Of a stretch of 64,000 bases of DNA, positions 1 through 6,764 are shown piece by piece (position 1 is the first letter of the stretch; each line of letters begins with the position of its first letter). Source of the stretch: a virus. Taxonomy: Duplodnaviria > Heunggongvirae > Uroviricota > Caudoviricetes. A model generated the notes under the pieces. That model was given only the letters and a program-made list of their open reading frames with translations. It did no database searches and had not been told where the DNA came from. The stretch is taken from positions 32,001 to 96,000 of the IMG/VR virus record IMGVR_UViG_3300037424_001372. One strand, 5' to 3'. The position numbers were made by a program, and so were the translations under genes.

Positions 1-445
<445 letters not shown>

Positions 446-515
446 GTTATTAACTTTTAACAAAAGTAATGTTTGATAATTAATTTATCGAGATTTTTAA
501 AAAATTTATAAATTG

Positions 516-587
516 CACGCCTGAGAGGACTCGAACCCCTAACGTCTGGTTTTGGAGACCAGCATTCTACCATTGAATTACAGACGT
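516..587 (-). tRNA. tRNA-Trp(CCA)
   Basis: Cloverleaf; anticodon arm CTGGT-CTCCAAA-ACCAG; T-loop TTCGAGT. Confidence 0.93.
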
Positions 588-592
588 ATATG

Positions 593-667
593 TAGCACAC
601 ATGGGATTCGAACCCATACCTGTATAGTTTTTGAAACTACTCCCTCTACCCGTTGGGGCACTGTGCT
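593..667 (-). tRNA. tRNA-Leu(CAA), short variable region
   Basis: GTAGT-TTCAAAA-ACTAT; T-arm ATGGG-TTCGAAT-CCCAT; A73. Confidence 0.85.
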
Positions 668-670
668 ATA

Positions 671-1456
671 TTAATTATATTTATTATTCCAATTTTCAAT
701 TCTAATTAATAATTCTTCTAAAGTTATTGAACATCTGAAATTTTTACTAATGTTATCATTATGAATCATTAATCTACAATTTGCAGGATGATTAATTATA
801 TCTGAACTAATACCATTTTCAAAACCAAATTTTATTGAAATCATATGGTCACGACTAATACCATTTAAATTATCGCCTCTATTTTTAGCTTTATACTAAC
901 CATATTTTTCAACTAATGTAAAATCGAATTCATTTGGATAATCAGCTAAATTAAATTTACATTCATTATAATATTTCTGATATTCATTAATATTTTTACT
1001 ATCATAAATTCGTTTACAATCTAAAGAACAAAAAACCCGTTTTCGATTCTTATAATTTAATACAGCATTACAATGTTTACAATAATTAGGCGATAAACCA
1101 TATTTGTACATATTTTCTTTAATATTTAACCTTTTTATTATTGCATCATTAATATTTTTTTTAGCTATATCGCTAAAATTTCTTTTACTATTAACTCTAA
1201 TACTATTATTAAATATTGCAGAACATGATTTTGAACAAAATTTTGCATTTTTTTCTGAAGAATAGAAAATATTATTACATTGTGAACAATATTTAGCATT
1301 TTTTTTCTTAAATTCATTATTACATTTTATCGAACAAAAATGTTTTCTTCCTAACTTTTCAGAACGATTATATTCACTCAATGTTTTTTCAAATTCTTTA
1401 TCACAATTTTCACAAGAAATTATAATTAATTTTCTATTATCTTTCCAACTATTCAT
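671..1456 (-). pseudogene. Zn-finger/HNH-like homing endonuclease with in-frame TAG at 896-898
   Basis: CxxC-rich N-terminus; frame continues past EKYG* as YKAKNRGDNLNGISRDHMISIKFGF...HPANCRLM to TAA at 671. Confidence 0.75.
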
Positions 1457-1529
1457 ATTTATAATTTACTATAAATACGTAAATATTTGAAAAATGTGGA
1501 ATACTTCGAATTCGAACTTGTATTATTAG

Positions 1530-1603
1530 TGGAGTCGATGGAGTATGATTCCACAACCTTCTGCTTGCAAAGCAGATGCTCTATCCATTTGAGCTACGAC
1601 CCC
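1530..1603 (-). tRNA. tRNA-Ala(UGC), atypical T-loop
   Basis: GGGGTCG/CGACTCC acceptor with G3:U70; TCTGC-TTTGCAA-GCAGA; T-loop ATCATAC. Confidence 0.85.
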
Positions 1604-1612
1604 ATGTTATTG

Positions 1613-1699
1613 TATCTTAGGTCGGATTCGAACCGACACGGGCATTCCTGCCCAAGGGATTTTAAGTCCCTCATGTGCTACCAATTTCATCACTAAGAC
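1613..1699 (-). tRNA. tRNA-Leu(UAA), long variable arm
   Basis: AGGGA-CTTAAAA-TCCCT; variable arm GGGCA-GGAA-TGCCC. Confidence 0.92.
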
Positions 1700-1705
1700 A
1701 TTTAG

Positions 1706-1780
1706 TACGAGTGGTGGGAGTCGAACCCACAAATTTCAGTTTCTAAGACTGTTGCCTCTTAACCGTTCGGCTACACTCGC
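1706..1780 (-). tRNA. tRNA-Leu(UAG), short variable region
   Basis: CAGT-CTTAGAA-ACTG; T-arm GTGGG-TTCGACT-CCCAC. Confidence 0.88.
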
Positions 1781-2214
1781 ATTTCTTTTTCAAGTATTGA
1801 ATGACAATTAGAACAAACAATAATTAAATTATTAAATTCATTATTAAAATGATTTCCATCAATATGATGTAGTTCGATTGGTATTTCTTGTCCTAACCAA
1901 GTATCATTACCACATTTTTCACATTTATGTTTTTTATAACCATCCCTAATTAATTTTAATTTTAATTTATGTGAACTAACATTACTTCCATTATAACAAT
2001 ATTCAAGAGCATTTTTTTTATTAAATGTTCTACCTTTATTAAAAGCACTACCTACAAAATGTGTAAATGAAATATTAAAATCAATTGCTCTTTTTTTTAT
2101 ATGAGTTTGTGAACCTGTCATTGGTTTAACTCCCAATATTCTACAAACATCAGCCCATGTTGTCGAACATTTAATAGCATTTTCTAATTGCTCATTAGTA
2201 TATTTATTTCTCAT
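1771..2214 (-). CDS. HNH homing endonuclease
   Basis: CEKC...IELHHIDGNHFNNEFNNLIIVCSNCH; likely start MRNKY at 2214; stop overlaps 5' end of tRNA-Leu(UAG). Confidence 0.85.
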   Translation of the reverse strand: MRNKYTNEQLENAIKCSTTWADVCRILGVKPMTGSQTHIKKRAIDFNISFTHFVGSAFNKGRTFNKKNALEYCYNGSNVSSHKLKLKLIRDGYKKHKCEKCGNDTWLGQEIPIELHHIDGNHFNNEFNNLIIVCSNCHSILEKEMRV

Positions 2215-2297
2215 TAGTATATATGTTTTTATATAAATAGTAATGTGTATACTAAAAAGATTAAATTTCAATATAATTACACAATATTATAATTAAG

Positions 2298-2371
2298 TAC
2301 CCCTAATCAGATTCGAACTGATACATTATACGGTCTTAACGTATTGCCTCTGCCAATTGGACTATAGGGGC
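2298..2371 (-). tRNA. tRNA-Leu(AAG), short variable region
   Basis: ATACG-TTAAGAC-CGTAT; acceptor GCCCCTA/TAGGGGT; A73. Confidence 0.85.
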
Positions 2372-2385
2372 GTATTATAAATTAG

Positions 2386-2475
2386 CATGAGCAGGGGGAT
2401 TCGAACCTAATTGCTATAGTCATCCCATTTTTCCTCTCGGACGAGGAACGTCTTACCACGTTAGACGATGCCCAT
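2386..2475 (-). ncRNA. tRNA-like RNA / pseudo-tRNA with 8-nt anticodon loop and T-stem insertion
   Basis: Acceptor ATGGGCA/TGCTCAT; D-arm GTCT..AGAC; TTCCT-CGTCCGAG-AGGAA; GGG[16 nt]GG-TTCGAAT-CCCCC. Confidence 0.6.
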
Positions 2476-2482
2476 ATTTTAG

Positions 2483-2557
2483 TGCTTTCTATTGGAGTCG
2501 AACCAATGACTTCCACATTGTAAGAGCGACACTCTAAACCAACTGAGTTAAGAAAGC
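2483..2557 (-). tRNA. tRNA-Val(UAC)
   Basis: Loop CTTACAA; acceptor GCTTTCT/AGAAAGC; weak anticodon stem. Confidence 0.8.
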
Positions 2558-2566
2558 AAATAATAG

Positions 2567-2639
2567 TACATCTGATAGGACTCGAACCTATGGTGTCTTG
2601 TTTGTAATACAAGTGCTTTTGCCACTAAGCTACAGATGC
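2567..2639 (-). tRNA. tRNA-Val(UAC)
   Basis: CTTGT-ATTACAA-ACAAG. Confidence 0.88.
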
Positions 2640-2642
2640 ATG

Positions 2643-2706
2643 TAGGGTGGTGTAGTAGCGAACATCACCACCCTAGATAGCCGAAGCTATAACGGTCCTA
2701 AACCGT
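2643..2706 (-). ncRNA. Candidate three-hairpin small RNA inside the tRNA operon
   Basis: ACGGT/ACCGT, ATAGC-TTCG-GCTAT and a perfect 10-bp TAGGGTGGTG/CACCACCCTA stem in tandem. Confidence 0.55.
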
Positions 2707-2709
2707 ATG

Positions 2710-2781
2710 TATTCGGACGGGGAATCGAACCCCGATTTTTGGGATGAAAACCCAACTTCCTTGCCGTTAGAAGACCCGAAC
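2710..2781 (-). tRNA. tRNA-Glu(UUC)
   Basis: TTGGG-TTTTCAT-CCCAA. Confidence 0.9.
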
Positions 2782-2784
2782 ATA

Positions 2785-3558
2785 TTATTTTTCATATCTA
2801 AATTTCCAACTTCTAATTGTATTATCACTGACCTTATATTTATAACCAGCACCTCGATATCCCAATTCACTAATATCTTTAATTAATTGCTCATAAGATG
2901 GTTTAATTTGATTTTTTACAAATCTACCTAACTTCCATCCATTATTTAAATATACATTTAAATCAATTTTATTTATTTTTTTATCTAATTCATTTTTAAA
3001 TACCCAACAAGTACCAAATTGTGAATTATTTTCTTTAATTCCTCTACCACGATGAGATATACTCATTTTATTTTTAGATTCATCAGTATGTTTTTTATTG
3101 GTGAATGTATTATATTTTAATACACCATCAATATGCATTTTTTTAAATCTATTACTTGCTCTTTTTTTATGATTTTCAATAAAATTAGGGTCTAACCAAA
3201 GTTTATTTAAAAAATTTGTTGAACCTTCTCTAATTTTTTTAATAGATTCTTCACACAACCCATTAAGACCACCTTCACCACCCAATTTCAAATTCATACA
3301 CATTGGGTCTTTTAATGTATTTTCATTAACCAATTCCTTTTCAGCCTCTTTTAATAATTTTCGTGATTCAAAATATTTAAGAATTTCAAATATGTGATTT
3401 TCTTTACCATATTTATTTATTGAATACCACAATCTTTTTCCACTTCCATAATAACCATCATTAATATTATTAGTACTATGCATGCCATAATAATAACGAT
3501 TATTTATATTATTAGTTATTTTATATAAATAATTAAATTTTCTTTCACTTCTTGCCTT
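2785..3558 (-). CDS. GIY-YIG (Seg-like) homing endonuclease with NUMOD3-like motif; start codon apparently ATG>AAG
   Basis: In-frame upstream extension KARSERKFNYLYKITNNINNRYYYGMHST...GYYGSG carries the GIY-YIG motif before the first ATG (3483). Confidence 0.8.
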   Translation of the reverse strand, partial: KARSERKFNYLYKITNNINNRYYYGMHSTNNINDGYYGSGKRLWYSINKYGKENHIFEILKYFESRKLLKEAEKELVNENTLKDPMCMNLKLGGEGGLNGLCEESIKKIREGSTNFLNKLWLDPNFIENHKKRASNRFKKMHIDGVLKYNTFTNKKHTDESKNKMSISHRGRGIKENNSQFGTCWVFKNELDKKINKIDLNVYLNNGWKLGRFVKNQIKPSYEQLIKDISELGYRGAGYKYKVSDNTIRSWKFRYEK

Positions 3559-3603
3559 CTTAATATTTTTTATAAATACTAAGATGGTACAAAAAGTTCA
3601 AGG

Positions 3604-3678
3604 TAGTGCCAACGGGGTTCGAACCCGCACATGACCAGTTTGAAGGACTGGTGACTTAACCAGTTTGCCAATAGCACC
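3604..3678 (-). tRNA. tRNA-Glu(UUC) with C33
   Basis: CCAGT-CCTTCAA-ACTGG. Confidence 0.82.
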
Positions 3679-3680
3679 AT

Positions 3681-4277
3681 TTATATTGTTTTTAAATTAA
3701 TGAAAAGTTCATAACCTAAAACATTTAAAATTTTAATTAAATTATTAATAGTAACATTTGATTTATTTAATTCAATTGTTTTTATTGTTCGTAAACTAAC
3801 TTCTGAAATATTAGATAGTTGTTGTTGTGTAATATTTAATATTTTACGTCTTCTTTTTATTAAAGAACCAATATCAGATTCATTTCCAAATTTCATTAAT
3901 GAATTATTTAATTGTTCCATTAATATTTTTTCTCTATATTCTATTTGTTGTTTTAATTTTTCATTATAATTATTCAAATTATTATTATATGAATCAGTAA
4001 TTAAGTAATTAAATAAATCATGATTATCATTTAATAATTTTCCAACCCAATATTTTTCTTTATCAACTAATTGTGTCCAATCAGAAACATTTTCTAATAC
4101 AATAACAGTTGGTGTATAATCATTCATTTTAAGTTCATTAATCCAATCATTTACTAATGGATTGTGTGAATGTGTTAAATGTGATTCAGCTCTTTTAACT
4201 CCGTTAATAGATTTACCAACATATTTAAATTCATCTGTTCTAGGGTCTTTTAAACCATAAATAATATTTTCATTCAT
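3681..4277 (-). CDS. GIY-YIG nuclease fused to a C-terminal XRE/HipB-like HTH
   Basis: IIYGLKDPRTDEFKYVGKS...R; IKRRRKILNITQQQLSNISEVSLRTIKTIE. Confidence 0.8.
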   Translation of the reverse strand: MNENIIYGLKDPRTDEFKYVGKSINGVKRAESHLTHSHNPLVNDWINELKMNDYTPTVIVLENVSDWTQLVDKEKYWVGKLLNDNHDLFNYLITDSYNNNLNNYNEKLKQQIEYREKILMEQLNNSLMKFGNESDIGSLIKRRRKILNITQQQLSNISEVSLRTIKTIELNKSNVTINNLIKILNVLGYELFINLKTI

Positions 4278-4312
4278 AAACATTTTTAACATAAATACTA
4301 ATAATGTTTATT

Positions 4313-4454
4313 AAAAGTGCTATATAATATACGATTTTTTTTTTATTTAAATGACGAACTATTATTTTACTGTTAAAACAGTATTTTAATTTTTATTATA
4401 ACTAAATAATATAATATATTGCACTTTTACTTAAAAATTACTGGTTTAGCAGTA
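4313..4454. promoter_or_regulatory. Candidate operator array
   Basis: Imperfect inverted pair AAAAGTGCTATATAAT (4313) / ATAATATATTGCACTTTT (4411); two TACTG-N6-CAGTA palindromes (4368, 4439). Confidence 0.45.
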
Positions 4455-4461
4455 ATTTTAG

Positions 4462-4534
4462 CACTCCCGATGGGACTCGAACCCACATAACCCGCATAGA
4501 CAGTGCGGTCGGCAACCTTTGCCACCACAGGGGT
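4462..4534 (-). tRNA. tRNA-Asp(GUC)
   Basis: CCGCA-CTGTCTA-TGCGG; G73. Confidence 0.82.
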
Positions 4535-4549
4535 GTTTAATAACTAGGG

Positions 4550-4621
4550 CGGTCTATGCGAGACTCGAACTCGCTTCTCATGGCTGACAACCACAAAGGA
4601 TAACCCATACCCTAATAGACC
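4550..4621 (-). tRNA. tRNA-Asp(GUC)
   Basis: GTGG-TTGTCAG-CCAT; acceptor GGTCTAT/ATAGACC; G73. Confidence 0.87.
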
Positions 4622-4629
4622 AATTTTCC

Positions 4630-4645
4630 CAATATGTCAAAGAAC
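4630..4645 (-). promoter_or_regulatory. boxA-like antitermination element
   Basis: GTTCTTTGACATATTG between terminator and first tRNA; resembles rrn boxA. Confidence 0.65.
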
Positions 4646-4656
4646 GTAACTTCTAT

Positions 4657-4699
4657 AAAAAAAAAGAACCCGACTCGTTTTAGTTAGTCGGGTTCTTTT
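4657..4699 (-). terminator. Intrinsic terminator (attenuator) of tRNA operon 1
   Basis: AAAAGAACCCGACT-10 nt loop-AGTCGGGTTC followed by T9. Confidence 0.88.
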
Positions 4700-4720
4700 A
4701 TTATAAAAGAAAGGAGTGTG

Positions 4721-4831
4721 TTATTTCACATTACCCGACAAAGTATAGTAATCCTCGTCTGCCCATAAAAGAGCATCTACCACTAACATGGCTTCAAGGA
4801 CTAATGATAATATGTCTAGTAATTTTTTCAT
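4721..4831 (-). CDS. Leader peptide 1, 36 aa (MKKLLDILSLVLEAMLVVDALLWADEDYYTLSGNVK)
   Basis: ATG..TAA ORF between promoter and terminator; contains GTCGGGT complementary to terminator 5' arm. Confidence 0.8.
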   Translation of the reverse strand: MKKLLDILSLVLEAMLVVDALLWADEDYYTLSGNVK

Positions 4832-4874
4832 CTTGATTTTATTTAAATCTGTTTGTTTCTATCTAAATACGTAG

Positions 4875-4905
4875 CAAAGTTATAAAATGTTACAACAACT
4901 GCAAA
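4875..4905 (-). promoter_or_regulatory. Bacteroidota-type housekeeping promoter
   Basis: TTTG-19 nt-TAACTTTG matches the -33 TTTG / -7 TAnnTTTG consensus. Confidence 0.75.
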
Positions 4906-4912
4906 CTTTTTT

Positions 4913-5335
4913 TCAAATATTTTTATCTTTTTTTATTGTTGGTGTTATAACTATCTGATAATCATTAATTTCATATGTTTTAAATAATGACATAATGTTC
5001 ATAGTTCCGTATGGATTCATTGAATGTACCATGATATTTGTGGGTACGTCTAATTTATTATCCATACAATAATCAATAAGCCATTTAGCACAATGATAAC
5101 CAGTTTTTTCATATGTTTCATCATTGTAATCGAAATTTTGCTTTTTATAATGTATATCAGCAAGGTCATGGTCAAATGAAATAATATTTGGTAAACCTTT
5201 GCTTTGAATAATATTAATGAATGCAAAATAATTTCGTACTATATGCCATTTTTCATCCATATATATTGGAAGATGCATATACTTGAAAGCATCTTTAGGC
5301 ATTCTGTAATCGTCAAGAAATGGATTATAGCTCAT
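4913..5335 (-). CDS. Cyclic-phosphate-processing receiver-like domain protein
   Basis: FLDDYR, ISFDHDL, TGYHCAKWL and VHSMN motifs. Confidence 0.7.
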   Translation of the reverse strand: MSYNPFLDDYRMPKDAFKYMHLPIYMDEKWHIVRNYFAFINIIQSKGLPNIISFDHDLADIHYKKQNFDYNDETYEKTGYHCAKWLIDYCMDNKLDVPTNIMVHSMNPYGTMNIMSLFKTYEINDYQIVITPTIKKDKNI

Positions 5336-5470
5336 TATTATCTTTTTTAATTATTATTTTATCAACATTTCTACGAACTTTAGAAGTATATTTTTTACCT
5401 CTTTTTTTCATATGTGTACACCATTCACCATTAAGGAACGAATTTTCTTTATGTCCAACTCTTAATTTGC

Positions 5471-5704
5471 TTATAACATGATTTTATTATCTCTAGCAAA
5501 AACTTGAATATAATGTTTCAAATTTTTAATCATTTCTTCTTTAGTGAGATTTTCATCAACATCTTTTAATGATGAATAAATTTCTCGAAGAAATTCAATT
5601 AATTCTGTTTGTTTATTATAATTCAATTCAAATTGTAAATCAATTAATTTTGATTTTAAATCTTCATTTTCTTCTTGAAGTTTATCAATTAATTCTTCCG
5701 ACAT
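5471..5704 (-). CDS. Hypothetical coiled-coil protein
   Basis: 77-aa ORF with heptad-like N-terminus. Confidence 0.6.
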   Translation of the reverse strand: MSEELIDKLQEENEDLKSKLIDLQFELNYNKQTELIEFLREIYSSLKDVDENLTKEEMIKNLKHYIQVFARDNKIML

Positions 5705-5799
5705 GATTTATAATTTTTAGATGATACGTTATTTATTGAAAAATGTTTCAATTATTATTGAATTTTTCTATAAATACTTTAATTAAAAGTAATTGAGTG

Positions 5800-5882
5800 T
5801 TGTCCCCACAGGATTCGAACCTGTAAACCCTAATGGGTGTCTGCTTCAAAGACAGATGCAATAACCATTCTGCCAGAGGACA
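5800..5882 (-). tRNA. tRNA-Gln(UUG) with long variable arm
   Basis: TCTGT-CTTTGAA-GCAGA; variable hairpin ACCC-ATTA-GGGT; U1-A72. Confidence 0.85.
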
Positions 5883-5934
5883 ATTTTAAATTTTGCAATT
5901 TTAATTGAAATATAATCATTATCGCAAAATATAG

Positions 5935-6008
5935 CAGTCTCGGTAGGATTCGAACCTACATTCTTCTGATTCAGAGTCAGGGGCGTTAGCCAATTGCGCT
6001 ACGAGACT
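5935..6008 (-). tRNA. tRNA-Gln(CUG)
   Basis: CTGA-CTCTGAA-TCAG. Confidence 0.88.
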
Positions 6009-6013
6009 ATATA

Positions 6014-6132
6014 CCTTTTATGACTAGACTTTTACTAGCAATTGAGTGTATCAGAACACTACCCTCGTCCCACATTGTTTACAGTTCTCTAAGTGAACCA
6101 CGAGTGACTTCTTATATCATCCACATAAAAGG
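6014..6132 (-). ncRNA. Candidate ~120-nt structured RNA inside tRNA operon 2
   Basis: 9-bp closing stem CCTTTTATG/CATAAAAGG with internal stems CTCGT/ACGAG, GTTC/GAAC, AGTGT/ACACT. Confidence 0.5.
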
Positions 6133-6138
6133 ATTTAG

Positions 6139-6214
6139 GGTGAAAGACGGGACTCGAACCCGCAAATTCCTGATTCACAGTCAGGCAAGTCTAACCAATT
6201 CCTTTACAATCACC
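6139..6214 (-). tRNA. tRNA-His(GUG)
   Basis: CCTGA-CTGTGAA-TCAGG; G-1 and C73. Confidence 0.87.
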
Positions 6215-6224
6215 ATTTAAATAG

Positions 6225-6299
6225 TCGGGATGGCAGGATTCGAACCTGCGAGTTCTCTTGCTTCCAATGCAAGCGGGGTGACCTCTCCCCAACATCCCG
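6225..6299 (-). tRNA. tRNA-Pro(UGG)
   Basis: CGGGATG/CATCCCG; CTTGC-ATTGGAA-GCAAG. Confidence 0.9.
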
Positions 6300-6331
6300 A
6301 AATATTGTCCCTAATATACATATTTGAGACA

Positions 6332-6408
6332 TGGGGTGAACGATGGGACTCGAACCCACAACTATCAGAACCACAATCTGACGTTCTACCAATTGAACTA
6401 CGTCCACC
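6332..6408 (-). tRNA. tRNA-His(GUG), CCA encoded
   Basis: TCAGA-TTGTGGT-TCTGA; G-1, C73, CCA. Confidence 0.93.
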
Positions 6409-6426
6409 ATTTGTTATAAAACCAAC

Positions 6427-6439
6427 TTTTCAAAGAACA
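6427..6439 (-). promoter_or_regulatory. boxA-like antitermination element
   Basis: TGTTCTTTGAAAA. Confidence 0.6.
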
Positions 6440-6447
6440 TTATTTTG

Positions 6448-6543
6448 TCAGGAATGTGGGATTCGAACCCACGGATGACAACGCCTTTGTGTCATCGCTG
6501 GTTTCCAAGACCAGCAGCTTAAACATTACTCGACCGCTTCCTG
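6448..6543 (-). tRNA. tRNA-Pro(UGG) with long variable arm
   Basis: CTGGT-CTTGGAA-ACCAG; 7-bp variable stem GATGACA/TGTCATC; C1-G72, A73. Confidence 0.8.
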
Positions 6544-6553
6544 TTATTTGTTG

Positions 6554-6629
6554 TAGGGATGACGAGGCTCGAACTCGCATAATTCCCGCTTCCAATGCGG
6601 GTCGTCTCCCAATTGACTTCACCACTCTA
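6554..6629 (-). tRNA. tRNA-Pro(UGG), imperfect acceptor stem
   Basis: CCCGC-ATTGGAA-GCGGG; T-arm GCGAG-TTCGAGC-CTCGT. Confidence 0.75.
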
Positions 6630-6638
6630 TATTTTTTG

Positions 6639-6709
6639 TTGTCCTCAGAGGATTCGGACCTCTACGCCAACAGTCAAAGTGTTGTGTGCTACCATTACAC
6701 TAGAGGACA
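6639..6709 (-). tRNA. tRNA-Gln(UUG)
   Basis: TGTCCTC/GAGGACA; CAACA-CTTTGAC-TGTTG. Confidence 0.88.
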
Positions 6710-6711
6710 AT

Positions 6712-6743
6712 AAAAAACCCACTCTTTTCAGAATGGGTTTTTT
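6712..6743 (-). terminator. Intrinsic terminator (attenuator) of tRNA operon 2
   Basis: AAAAAACCCATTC-TGAAAA-GAGTGGGTTTTTT ending 2 nt before tRNA-Gln. Confidence 0.85.
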
Positions 6744-6764
6744 ATTGTTTTTCAAGTGAGGTAT

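Noticed and set aside
4368-4454. LexA SOS boxes
   Set aside because: Spacer in CTG-N-CAG is 6 nt rather than 10, and the inferred host is not a gammaproteobacterium.
5327-5474. Small basic ORF (SKLRVGHKENSFLNGEWCTHMKKRG...)
   Set aside because: Open frame but begins with ATA; cannot tell gene from remnant.
6448-6543. Selenocysteine tRNA
   Set aside because: Anticodon is UGG, not UCA, and the discriminator is A.
1487-6713. Short ORFs in the supplied track overlapping tRNAs (1487, 2382, 2673, 6020, 6210, 6230, 6440, 6456)
   Set aside because: Artefacts of GC-rich tRNA sequence.
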